NCBI GenBank assembly: GCA_951406725.2
Contig: OX597815.1
Coordinates: forward strand, 57,908,001-57,972,000
DNA from: Octopus vulgaris
Lineage: Eukaryota
Length of the DNA stretch: 64,000 nt
Direction: 5' to 3'
The notes under the pieces were generated by a model. That model was given only the letters and a program-made list of their open reading frames with translations, made no database searches and was not told the origin of the DNA. Shown here one piece after another: positions 1 through 12,390 of this stretch. Every line of letters starts with the position of its first letter. Positions within the stretch are counted from its first letter, which is position 1. Position numbers and translations under genes: made by a program.

Positions 1-15
1 GTGTTGAGTTTATAT

Positions 16-2022
16 CATCATCATCATCATCATCGTTTAGCGTCCGTTTTCCATGCTAGCATGGGTTGGACGGGTCAACTGGGGTCTGTGAAGCTGGAAG
101 GCTTCGTCAGGCCCAGTCAGATCTGGCAGTGTTTCTACGGCTGGATGCCCTTCCTAACGCCAACCACTCCGCGAGTGTAGTGGGTGTTTTTTACGTGCCA
201 CCTGCACAGGTGCCAGACAGAGCTGGTGAACGGCCACGAACGGATGGTGCTTTTACGTGTCACCGGCTCGGGGCCAGGCGATGCTGGCAACGGACACGAA
301 CGGATGGTGCTTTTACGTGCCACCGACATGGGGCCAGACAGAGCTGGCAACCGGCCACGAACGGACGGTGCTTTTACGTGTCACCGGCACGGGGGCCAGC
401 CGAGGCTGGCAACGGATGCGAATGGATGGTGCTTTTACGTGCCACCGACACGGTTGCCAGACAGAGCTGGCAAACGGCCACGAGCGGACGGTGCTTTTAC
501 GTGTCACCGGCACGGGGGCCAGCCGAGGCTGGCAACGGACGCGAACAGATGGTGCTTTTACGTGCCACCGACACGGTTGCCAGACAGAGCTGGCAAACGG
601 CCACGAGCGGACGGTGCTTTTACGTGTCACCGGCACGGGGCCCAGGCGAGGCTGGCAACGGACGCGAACAGATGGTGCTTTTACGTGCCACCGACACGGT
701 TGCCAGACAGAGCTGGCAAACGGCCACGAGCGGACGGTGCTTTTACGTGTCACCGGCACGGGGGCCAGCCGAGGCTGGCAACGGACACGGACGGATGGTG
801 CTTTTACGTGCCACCGACACGGTTGCCAGACAGAGCTGGCAAACGGCCACGAGCGGACGGTGCTTTTACGTGTCACCGGCACGGGGGCCAGCCGAGGCTG
901 GCAACGGACACGGACGGATGGTGCTTTTACGTGCCACCGACACGGGGCCAGACAGAGCTGGCAAATGGCCACGAACGGATGGTGCTTTTACGTGCCACCG
1001 ACACGGGGCCAGACAGAGCTGGCCCACGGCCACGAACGGACGGTGCTTTTACGTGTCACCGGCACGGGGCCAGGCGAGGCTGGCAACGAACACGAACGGA
1101 TGGTGCTTTTACATGACACCGACACGGGGCCAGGCAGAGCTGGCAAACGGCCATGAGCGAATGGTGCTTTTACGTATCACCGGCACGGGTGCCAGACGAG
1201 GCTGACAGCGGACACGAACAGATGGGTCACTTAACCCCTGCTTTCTGATATATGATTTGATTTTGATTGTTCTCACTGGTCTTGCCGGGTCTTCTCACGC
1301 ACAGCATACTTCCATAGGTCTCGGTCTCTGGTCATTTCCTTGGTGAGACCTAGAGTTCAAAGGTCGTGCTTCACCACCTCGACCCAGGTTTTCCTGGGTC
1401 TACCTCTTCCACAGGTCCCCTCAACTGCCAGGGTGTGGCACTTTTTCACACACCTATCTTCATCCATTCTCACCACATGACCATACCAGCGCAATCGTCT
1501 CTCTTGCACACAACATCTGATTCCTCTTAGGTCCAACTTTTCTCTCAAGGTACTTACACTCTGTCGACTATGAACACTGACATTACACATCCAACGGAGC
1601 ATACTAGCTTCATTTCTCGCGAGCTTACGCATGTCCTCAGCAGTCACGGCCCATATTTCACTGCCATGTAGCATGGCTGTTCATACACATGCATCATACA
1701 GTCTGCCTTTTACTCTGAGCGAGAGGCCTTTAGTCACCAACAGAGGTAAGAGCTCCCTAAACTTTGCCCAGGCTATTCTTACTCTAGCCGTTACACTTTC
1801 AGCACACCCACCCCCACTACTGACTTGGTCACCAAGATAACGGAAGCTATCAACCACTTCTAGTTTTTCCCCCTGGAAAGTGACGGAAGTTGTTTTCTGC
1901 AGATTTTCAGAGGTTAATGCTCCCGAGCATCTGCCACATACAAAAACCATCTTCCTAGTTAGCCTTCCTATGACATTGCTGCACCTCTTATGTGTCCATA
2001 GCTTACACTTGGTGCATCTTAT
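16..2022 (-). mobile_element. RTE-clade LINE, 5'-truncated 3' portion (family A, (ATG)n tail)
   Basis: (CAT)n tail at 16-33; minus-strand ORF pieces with RTE C-terminal motifs (VDSFRYLG, MLHGSEIW, RRLRWYGHV, GRGRPRKTW); same 3' UTR as the other family A copies. Confidence 0.9.
190..1225. repeat. Tandem array of ~61-bp units (about 17) arranged as a ~123-bp A/B dimer inside the RTE 3' UTR
   Basis: Recurrent core GGTGCTTTTACGTG(T/C)CACCG(G/A)CACG; the 41-aa periodicity of the overlapping ORFs equals 123 bp. Confidence 0.95.
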
Positions 2023-2933
2023 ATCCCTCTTATAAATTTTATCTGAATATTTTCCAACCTTTGCCTTTTATTAACCCTTATGTTTTTCTAACCTTTTAGG
2101 CCCCTCTTTTTTGTATATTACGAATTACCCTTCCAACCCCTTTCATTGTATTAACAATTAGTATTATCTTAATTTTAATGATTCTTAATATTATTTTAGT
2201 TAACAGTATGTATGTGTATGTATATATATACATATATGTGTGCATGGTTGCTTTTGGGTATATGTATTTGTTTTTATATATGTATATATGGATATATACG
2301 TATGCAGTTATGTATGTAAGCATGTCTGTGTGTATGTAAGCTTGTATTTTCTGTACTTTGGTTTATCTATGTGTACATGTGTAAGCGCGCATATACATGT
2401 GTATGTATGTAAGTGTATCTTAATAAACCAGCCGTAACTAAAACAATTGAAATTAAAATGTGCCAGCCAATCGTATTGAGCTTTCAATCTTAAATTATTT
2501 CTAAACCTACTACTAAATATCCATCACCGTCAAAACTCTGATTTGTATGCATTTATATGCATGTACACTTCTGGATTTTTCTATGATGTAAATTAATATT
2601 TTTCATTTTATATGTGTTTGTGGATCTATAATGTTTTGTATTGTATTGTATTTTTATTATTATTATGTTACTATTTCACTATATTATGATGTTGATGTAT
2701 TCTATGGGATTTTTTCCACCTAATATATACTGTGAATGGCATGATGCACATATTATTTTACTGGTATTATTATTATTAATAATAGTAATATTATTATACT
2801 AATAATAATAGTAATAATAATAATAATAATAATATTAATGGCATTTTGTAACTTAATATAATGAACTCTTGACTTTGTATATGTACATTTTCATGTGGAT
2901 ATGTGTATGTTTGTATATTCTAATATTCTAATA

Positions 2934-3074
2934 TTAGGTTGTCTCAAAAGTTCGTAAACACTGGCGAAAATTGAATTTTTACTCGCCAAGTACTAACAAA
3001 AACAACAAAAACTATTCCTCAAAATAAAGACCATTATTTTCCAAGACTTTCTACGAACTTTTGGGACAACCTTA
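2934..3074. mobile_element. Tc1/mariner-derived MITE
   Basis: TIRs AGGTTGTCTCAAAAGTTCGTA / TACGAACTTTTGGGACAACCT, flanked by TA on both sides. Confidence 0.8.
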
Positions 3075-3268
3075 TATATTGATTTGACTAACTGTAACCT
3101 TATATATATGTATGTATATTATTATATATTATTATGTATATACGTATATATATATAGGTGCATGTGTATATACACTTATATGTATGTGTATATTATATAT
3201 TATGTATATGTACTCATTCTTCTATAGGTGTACCTTCTCTGATATTCATATTTGGATTGTACTTTATA

Positions 3269-3391
3269 ATCTCTAAAGAGGCCTTGGGATATATTTGTGT
3301 CTCATTTATAACCACATATTAACTTATCACACCTGACTAATATGAGCATAATGAGATACTCATATCTACATGGCTGAAACAGCTGTAAGAT
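3269..3391 (+). ncRNA. Minimal type I hammerhead ribozyme with long stem II, probably inactivated (G5A)
   Basis: ATCT-CTAAAGA-GGCC..GGATAT..TGTCTCATT...AATGAGATA..ATATCT..GGCT-GAAA-CAGCTG-TA-AGAT; palindromic stem III. Confidence 0.7.
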
Positions 3392-3770
3392 GTAGTTTAT
3401 ATTTATATTTATATATATTTATACATATTGTATTTATTGTATCATATTACTCATTGATGTGCACTGTTTTGTTCTGTACTGTTATGTTTGACCTTGATGT
3501 TCATATGTAGTTGGTTAATGAATTATGTGAAGAGGTATTATCTGGTAGTTGATTATTGATTAAGGTGTATTTCTCCATTTTCTTATTTTGTATTATGAAT
3601 TTGTGGTAAAACATTTTACCTTCGCCCATATAATACAATAAATGAATTAATTGCATCACAATTTTTAACATTTATGGGTGCTTTGTTGGGTGCTTTACTG
3701 GCAGTATATTGGATATATGTTATCCCATGGTGGGTTGCACTCACAACCCCTATCTCAATTTATGTAAACT

Positions 3771-3926
3771 TATATATATATATCTATATATCTATATGTA
3801 TATATATATATATATATCTATATATCTATATGTATATATATATATATCTATATATCTATATGTATATATATATATATATCTATATATCTATATGTATATA
3901 TATATATATATCTATATATCTATATG

Positions 3927-3962
<36 letters not shown>
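3771..3962. repeat. Interrupted (TA)n microsatellite
   Basis: Direct reading. Confidence 0.95.
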
Positions 3963-3968
<6 letters not shown>

Positions 3969-4479
3969 TTCAAGCATTTAGGCATGCTTAGGTTGTGGTT
4001 CCTGCTGTAAGCAGGAGCTGGTGTTAGCAGCGTTGTAAGCATAACCATTAAGGTCATCGATGATATAGATGTAAGCTGTGTGGCAGAAATACTGATATTC
4101 CAGGTGTTAGTAGCATTCTAAGCAAACATTATGGTCATTGAGTGACATACTTTTAAGCAGCATAGCAGAAACATGGATATTCCAGTGTTGGGTTGGGAGG
4201 GGGGTTCTAGCTGAAAACTGGTTGCATTGCGGCAGGGAAGGGTTCCGGCAGAAAGAGAGATAAAGAGAGGGAGAGAAAGTGGGGGAGGAATGGAGAGAGT
4301 GCAGGGAAGAGAAGCAAGGGTAATACATAGTGAAATAGCATATTGAGGAGGAGAGGTTGGAAGAATAGACACACATAATGGTGGTGGGAGAAGGGATATC
4401 CGGTGTAGGTGGTGTAAACACAGTGTTATCCGGTATTGGTGGTGGGGGTGGGAAAAGGCAGGCGCACCGCGAATGGCGA

Positions 4480-4599
4480 AGTTTTGATTGGGGACAGAGC
4501 GGCAGAGATATGGAACTAGGAATGAGAAGAATTAAGCAAAGTTTTGATTGGGGACAGAGCGGCAGAGATATGGAACAAGGAATGAGAAGAATTAAGCAA
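4480..4599. repeat. 60-bp tandem duplication
   Basis: AGTTTTGATTGGGACAGAGCGGCAGAGATATGGAAC..GGAATGAGAAGAATTAAGCAA occurs twice. Confidence 0.9.
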
Positions 4600-4785
4600 T
4601 CGGGGTTTGATAGGGGACAGTACAAATTATGGGAAATAAGAATGTGAGCTGAACGAGGAGGAGCGAATAATATAGAAACAATATCATAGAGAAACGAACA
4701 AATTATCATCATACAGAGACAAATAATTATCATAATAAGCTTTACAAGATAGGACTAAAATTAAAAAATTATATTTTGGGGGACC

Positions 4786-4817
<32 letters not shown>

Positions 4818-4818
<1 letters not shown>

Positions 4819-5784
4819 CATCATCATCGGTTAGCGTCCGCTTTCCATGCTAGCATGGGTCGGACGGTTCAACAGGGGTCTGGGAAGCCAGAAGGCTGCA
4901 CCAGGCCCAGTCTGATCTGGCAATGTTTCAATGGCTGGATGCCCTTCCTAACGCCAACCACTCCATGAGTGTAGTGGGTGCTTTTTACGTGCCACCGGCA
5001 CGGGGGCCAGGCGAGATGGCAACGGCCATGAACGGATGGTGCTTTTTACGTGCCACCAGCACGAAGCCAGTATGGGCGGCGCTGGCAATGGCCATGTTCG
5101 GATGGTTCTCTTACGTGCCACCGGCACTGGTACAACAGTTGCAATTTCCATTGATGTTGATCGATTTTGTTTCTGACTTGCCTCAACAGGTCTTCACAAG
5201 TAGAGGTTTGTGTCCCCAGAAGGAAAGGTACGCATAAGTGGACTGGCACATCCCGGGTTATGGTCTCACTTGTCCTGCAGGGTCTTCTCACGCACAGTAC
5301 ACTTCCAAAGGTCTCGGTCTCTAGTCATGTCCTCAGTGAGACCTAAAGTTCGAAGGTCGTGCTTCACCACCTCGTCCCAGGTTTTCCTGGGTCTGCCTCT
5401 TCCACAGGATCCCTTAACCACTAGGGTATGGCACTTTTTCACACATCTATCTTCATTCGTTCTTGCCACATGACCATACCAGCGCAAACGTCTCTCTTGC
5501 ACACCACAACTGATGCTTCTTAGGTCCAGCTTTTCTCTCAAGGTACTTACACTCTGTCAAGTATGAACACTGACATTACACATCCATCGGAGCATACTGG
5601 CTTCATTTCTTGCAAGCTTACGCATATCCTCAGCAGTCACAGCCCATGTTTCACTGCCATGTAACATGGCTGTTCGTACACACGCGTCATACAGTCTGCC
5701 TTTTACTCTGAGCGAGAGGCCTTTTGACACCAGCAGAAGTAAGAGGTCTCTGAACTTTGCCCAAGCTATTCTTACTCTAGCAGT

Positions 5785-5787
<3 letters not shown>
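4818..5787 (-). mobile_element. RTE family A 3' fragment
   Basis: (CAT)n tail, 3 UTR repeat units, ORF end RRLRWYGHV...GRGRPRKTW. Confidence 0.9.
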
Positions 5788-5842
<55 letters not shown>

Positions 5843-5849
5843 TATAAGA

Positions 5850-5880
<31 letters not shown>

Positions 5881-5938
5881 AGAATATACATATATATATA
5901 TATATATATAAAATAAATACATATATAAGAATATAGAA

Positions 5939-5975
<37 letters not shown>

Positions 5976-6038
5976 AATATACATATATATATATAAAAAT
6001 ATATACATATATATATATAAAAATATATACATATATAA

Positions 6039-6083
<45 letters not shown>

Positions 6084-6128
6084 CACACACACACATAAAC
6101 ACACACACACATACATATATATATATAT
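5788..6128. repeat. Compound (TA)n/(CA)n microsatellite
   Basis: Direct reading. Confidence 0.95.
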
Positions 6129-8815
6129 CTGCCCACCGGATGCCCCAAATCACACAGGCATGTTTGAAGACTGCCTAACAAAAATAGAAGAAGTTCTCAC
6201 CAACCTGGAACAACACAACAGTGTATTCTTCATGGAAGACTTTAACTTCCCCAATGTGGAATGGCCTGGGGGGGGGGGGGCAGATGCTCCAAGGGATGAC
6301 ACACCATCAGCAGGCACAGGCAGAGTCCCTGCTCCATCTCACAAATGCCTCTTTCATGGAGCAAATAGTGCTGCAACCAACAAGGGCAAATAATATACTG
6401 GATCTCTGCTTCCCCAACAATATGGATATTATCCATAATGTTAAAGTGATCCCGACAATGATCTCGGATCACAACATAATAGAGCTGTCTATGTATGGAC
6501 GAAAAGCACCCGCAGACACACAGCCTATACGAAGCATCCACAATCTCTCCAAATTAAACTTTCATAAAGCAAATTGGAAGTTGATTGAGAAAGAGATCCT
6601 CAAACAGGATTGGCCTAAATGTCTCCCCACACCAGACATTGACATGAAACACAAACGCTTCATGTCCATAATACAAGCCATATGTGACAAATATGTCCCA
6701 GTGTGCAGGGCCAGCACACACAAAAACAGGATCCCTAGAGAGAGGAAGATTCTTATGAGATGACGGACAAGGATTGTTAACTGCCTGAGCAAGCACACTA
6801 AAAGTGGTGAGAAGTCTCGGCTCAAGAGAAAGCTAATGAAAATTGAGAAAAGTCTGCATCAGTCTCATGAAAAGGAGAGAGCAGATAAAGAAGCTTGGGT
6901 AATAGAAAATATAAAATCAAACCCTAAAGCTTTCTTTAAGTTTGCCATAGAGACAGCCACAGTAGACCAGAGAATAGCACCTCTCTTGTAAAAAGATGGC
7001 TCCCTCACAGGAAATCCCACGAGGATAAGTGAAATACTGAACGGACAGTTCCATAGTTTGTTCACTGCACCTCCAGGACACAGGCAAGTAAACAACCCAG
7101 AAGAATTCTTTGCCACTTTACCTGTGATCAAAGAGGCAAAAATTGATCACACTGGCCATAGATGAGATTGACACAAACTCAGCTGCTGGACCTGATGGAT
7201 TTCCAGCGATCCTTCTCAAATCATGCAAACGAACACTTGCAAAACAGCTACAGCTTCTTTTTCAGAGCTTTCTTGCAAGTGGTAAGCTCCCAGTCAAATT
7301 GAAAGAGGGAGTAATATGCCCTATCCATAAGGGAGGAAGCAGAGCAGATGCTAAAAATTATAGGCCTATCTCCCTGACCTCACACATCAGCAAGGTCATA
7401 GAACGAATAGTCCGCAAGAAACTAATCATGTTCCTTGAAGAAAATGACTTGCTGACTGACACCCAGCATGGATTTCAACCAGGTAGAAGCTGCCTAACAC
7501 AGCTCCTGCAACATTATGACTGGGTGTTAAAACAGCTACTAAATGGCTCAAATGTGGATGTGATATATCTCGACTTTGCAAAAGCCTTTGATAAAGTATG
7601 ATTTGTCACTAACTGCGTGGTCTCGGCATAGGCGGAAAACTTGGAGAGTGGCTGCACAACTTCCTAAAAGATAGAAGGCAGGCAGTTGTTGCCAATGCAG
7701 CCACCTCCAAGGAAACACAAATAACAAGCGGTGTTCCACAGGGAACTGTCTTGGGGCCACTGCTGTTCATAGTGGCCCTTTCAGACATGCCTTCAGTTGC
7801 TAAGATGGCCACCCTTGCTAGCTATGCAGATGACACAAAAGTCTCCCACACAATACAAAACCCTGGAAATATTGCACATCTGCAACAGGAGTTGGATACA
7901 ATATACAGGTGGGCTGAGGACAACAACATGCAGTTTCATGCAGGTAAGTTCCAGGCCCTGCGCTACCGGCACTCAAAGGTAAATGACATGCAGACTGGAT
8001 ACACTGGCCCAGGAAAAATTGTAATTCCTGAGTCAAAATCAGTGCGTGACCTGGGCATTGACATGAGCAATGATGCATCATTCCAAGTGCATATTACTAA
8101 TTTGGTAATAAAATGCAGACAGCTAGCTGGATGGATTCTCCGAACTTTCAGAACAACAAGGAGACACTGATGGTCCTGTGGAAAACTTTCGTCCTCAGCC
8201 GCTTGGACTACTGCTCCCAACTATGATCACCACACAATATAAAGCTAACAGCAGAACTCGAAGCAATTCAAAGAAGCTACACAAAGAAGATCGTCTCAAT
8301 GCAACATATCAGCTACTGGGAAAGACTGAAAGTATTAAAACTCTTCTACCTAGAGTGAAGGCGGGAGAGATATGCAGTGATATGCATCTGGAAAATCCTG
8401 GAGGGTCTTGTCCCAAACTCTGGCATTCAAAGTTACCCCAACCGCAGAACGGGGCGCCACTGCATGGTGCCAAAGATTCCAGCATCACCATCAATATACA
8501 GGACCAGATACTGCAACAGCTTGGGTTTCAGAGGACCACAGCTCTTCAACATCCTCCCTAAATGCCTGAGAGACTTGCATGGTGTGGATGTGGATTTCTT
8601 TAACACTAAACTGGATCTCTTCTTGTCAGGGGTCCCAGATGAACCTACCTCTCGACAGGAGACACAGATGTGGGCAGCGGCATCGAACTCCCTTGTTGAC
8701 CAAGTGCCACGTATCAGAGGTGGATTCACATACTAGTGTAGCTCATTCAGCAGTGGTGCTCCAGCATGGCCGCAGCCTTTGGGCTGAAACGTTTTTAAGG
8801 ATTTAAGGATTTATA
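6129..8815 (+). mobile_element. CR1/L2-group LINE, decayed ORF2 (APE endonuclease C-terminal part + RT)
   Basis: DFNFP, NILDL, SDHN (EN); YRPISLTS, QHGF, YLDFAKAFDKV, GVPQGTVLGPLLF, YADD; several stops and frameshifts; 3' tail CCAGCATGGCCGCAGCC..GGCTGAAAC. Confidence 0.9.
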
Positions 8816-8864
8816 AATATATATACAGAGATATATAAGAATATATGTACACACATATATAAGA

Positions 8865-8935
<71 letters not shown>

Positions 8936-9199
8936 TATCAATATCAATAATACAGTGATTGTTTCTTGTCAGGAACAGAAAAATTAATAGGACTGCTATA
9001 GAAGTGCTCTATTGAAAGAAACAAAATTTTTTTTTTCTCGCACCTTATTATTATTATTATATGCTTGTATGCTTGTACAGATGAATTATGTTCCATCTTG
9101 TGGGATGTTTATATGTATATTCTATGATTAAATGTTCGAATTATGAAATGCTATGCGGATGACCTTGCATTTGTTTGTTCAATAACTTTAGTTTGATAT

Positions 9200-9231
<32 letters not shown>

Positions 9232-10105
9232 TGTTGTGAGTTCAATTTAAGGACAGTTGGTTGCGACCTACTTTTGGAATAAACCCATTGTTCTGTCAGA
9301 TTCACAAAGGAGTAATGAGCTTTTAGGGGACCTTTGGCCTTGTGCCGGTTTAAGGAAACCCCTTAAAAAGCAAAGAGATGTGAGTCTGTTAGCCAGTCGA
9401 AGACTGAGCAAGTGAGTAACAGGTTGTTTCTGCTGTGACAGATGAAAGACAGGCAGAGGGGATTAAGGAACTGAGAGAGATTGCGGCGAGAGGGCTTGGC
9501 AATTACAGTAGTAATCGTCTGAAATTGTTGCAGACGGAAAGGAACGTCCGGTAAAGTTCTGTTTGTGTCTTTTGGCTGTTGTTGACGGTATATGTTTAAT
9601 TATGTTTTGATATGTGAAGAAAAAGAAGGAAAGAGTAAAAAGAAAGAACAATGCTAAAGGCTGAAATGCTAAAGAATTGAACAATGTGAATTGAGTAAAG
9701 GACTTGTTGATGTGTTATAAAGACAAGAAAAGAACTATGAACTGTATCGTTGTTTTGAATTGATCTGATTTGAACATTAGAGTGTTGTGACATGTACTGT
9801 TTAAATGCTGTTGTTTTATTGCATCTGCATGCTTTGATCTGTTGCATGTATTTTCTTTGATTTATTTGATTTGTTGTATACCTGTTGTTTTTTTTAAATG
9901 TATTTGATGTTGTAATGATTGTCATAAACTAGTGTTAAATGTAGCCAATTGCCTTCCGCCGTATCTCTGTATCTCTTCCTTCCTGTTTGTTGTTGTCGTC
10001 ATTCTCTCCGGTCGCCGGTTCAAGTTCGTCGCTGCCATTCCCCCACCGAGTCCTCTCTGTGTGGCGAATTCTCCGTTCGACTGAGCTAGGTGGGATTCCA
10101 TAACA
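9232..10105. mobile_element. Solo LTR
   Basis: TGTTG...TAACA termini, ATAT 4-bp TSD; reverse-complement homology to 14699-15698. Confidence 0.75.
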
Positions 10106-10149
10106 ATATATATATATATAAGAATATATATATATATATATATTCTTTT

Positions 10150-12390
10150 CTTGTTTCAGCTCAGAGCTGCGGCCATGCTGATGCACCGCCATTTTGTGCT
10201 ACACTGTTATTACGAAGAACCTCCTCTAATATGTGGCACTTGGTGAAGAATGGCGTTTGATATAGCTACTCTCATTTGCACCTCTTGCCGTGAGGTAGGT
10301 TCATCTGGGACTCTCGACAGGAAGATGTCCAGCTTTGATTAAAAAAGCGCTACATCTACTTTGTGCAAGTTCCTCAGACTCTTTGGGAAAATAATAAAAA
10401 GCTGTGGGCCCTTGAAACCCAGGCTGTTGCAGAAGCTGGTCCTGAAGCGTGATGGCATTGCTGGTATCTTTGGCACTATGCAGTGTCGTCCCGTTCTAGC
10501 ATTGGTGTAGCTTACAATGCCAAAATTTCGTAAAATTCCTTCCAGTATCTTCCAGACATATATCACTGCATACCTCTCCCATCTTCTTTCCAGGGAATAG
10601 AGTCTTAGCTGTTTCAACCTTTCCCAGTAGCTGAGCTGTTGCAAAGAGACGATCTTCTTTGTGAATCTTCTCTGGATTGCTTCAAGGTCCGCTGTTAATT
10701 TTACACTGGTGGGTGACCATAGCTGTGAGCAGTAATCCAGGTGGCTGAGGACGAATGTCTGCCAGAAGACCATCATGGTTTCTTTATCTCTGGCTCTGAA
10801 TGTTCTTAGGATCCATCCAGCCAGTCGTCTGCACTTTGTCGCCATCCTGGTAATGTGCACTTGGAAAGAGGTATCCTCACTCATGTCGATACCCAGGTCC
10901 CTCACAGATTTAGGCTCTAGGATTGAAATTCCCTCTGGAACGGTGTATCCTGCAAGTTTAATATTCAGTTTTGGATGCTGGTAGCACAGGGCCTGGAATT
11001 TTTCAGCATTAAACTGCATATTATTATCCTCAGCCCATCTGTAGATTGAGTCCAACTCCTGCTGCAGGTGTGCAACATCGCTGGGGTTCTATTTTCTGCG
11101 AGACTTTCGTATCATCTGGGCATTTAAGGGCATATCTGAGAGGGCCACTATAAAAAGCAGTGGTCCCAAGACAGTGCCCTGTGAAACACTGCTCACTATT
11201 TGTGTGTTCATAGAGGTGGCTCCATTAGCAACCACTGCCTGACTCCTATCTTTCAGGAAGTCATGTAACCACTCTAAGTTTTCCAGCTATGCCAAGGTCA
11301 TGCAGTTTGTGGCATATCATACCATGATCCACTTTGTCAAAAGCTTTTGAAAAATCAAGGTATATTACGTCCACATTTGATTTGTTGAGTAACTACCTCA
11401 ACACCCAGTCATAATGTTGTAAGAGCTGGGTCAGGCAGCTCCTACCTGGTTGAAAACCATGCTGGGTATTACTCAGCAAGTCATTTTCTTCAAGGAATGC
11501 GATTAGTTTCTTTCTGACTATCCGTTCCATGACTTTGCTGATGTATGAAGTCAGAGAGATAGGCCTATAGTTTTTGGCATCTGCTCTACTTCCCCCTTTA
11601 TATATTGGGCATATCTTGTAGTGTACTGAGACTGTTTCTTTTGCGTAATGAAAGAAGGCCTTTGGGTTTGATTTAATGTTTTTTATAACCCAGGCTTCTT
11701 TGTCTGCTTTCTCCCTCACATAGGATTGTTGCAGCCTTTTTTCGATCTCCATCAGTGTTGTTTTTAGGTGGGATGTTTCGCTACTTTTGGTTGAGACAAT
11801 TTGCAACCTTCGTCCGTCATCTCATGAGGATCTTCCTGTCTCTTGGAATCTTGCTCCTATTTGTTTTGGCCTTGTGCTCTGGGACATATTTCTGGCATAT
11901 GGCTTGCACAGAAGACATGAAACATTCTAGTTTCATGTCAATGTCTGGTGTGGAGAGACATTCCGGCCAGTCCTCTCTGAGGATCTCTTTTTGGATCGAT
12001 TTCCAATCTGCTTTGTGGAAGTTCAGATTGGAGAGATTTTGGGTGCTTCCTTTAGGCTGTATGTCTCTGGTTACTTTCGGCCCAAGCATAGACAGCTCTA
12101 TTATGTTGTGATCCGAGACTAATGTCGGTGTCACTTTCACATCATGAATGATGTCCATATTGTTCGTGAAGCAGAGATCCAGAATGTTATTCGCCTTAGT
12201 TAGCTGTCATTCCCCTTACTTAGCTGTCATTCTAATGACGTGACCATATTTCTGATGGGTGATTTCAACTTCCCCAACGTCAAATGGCCCGAAGGTCTCA
12301 TACTCTCAGGAATGAATCATTGCAAGCAAGTACAGGTGGAGTCCCTGCTCAACCTCACCAATTGCCTTATTCATGGAGCAAGTTGTCCTC
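10150..12390 (-). mobile_element. CR1/L2-group LINE with internal deletion and inverted 5' segment
   Basis: Minus-strand ORF2 pieces homologous to 6129-8815; the ~12235-12390 EN segment lies on the plus strand. Confidence 0.85.

Larger units (their letters stand above)
2030..3770 (+). mobile_element. Degenerate Penelope-like element 3' end / pseudo-LTR
   Basis: AT-rich segment carrying a minimal hammerhead motif (3269-3391) and ending in (TA)n; no ORF left. Confidence 0.45.

Noticed and set aside
66-1205. Long ORFs in three plus frames (also 36462-37201)
   Set aside because: Artefact of a stop-free repeat whose 123-bp period is a multiple of 3; antisense to a LINE 3' UTR
190-1225. CRISPR-like repeat/spacer appearance
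   Set aside because: The intervening sequences are homologous to each other, there are no cas genes, and the context is a eukaryotic LINE
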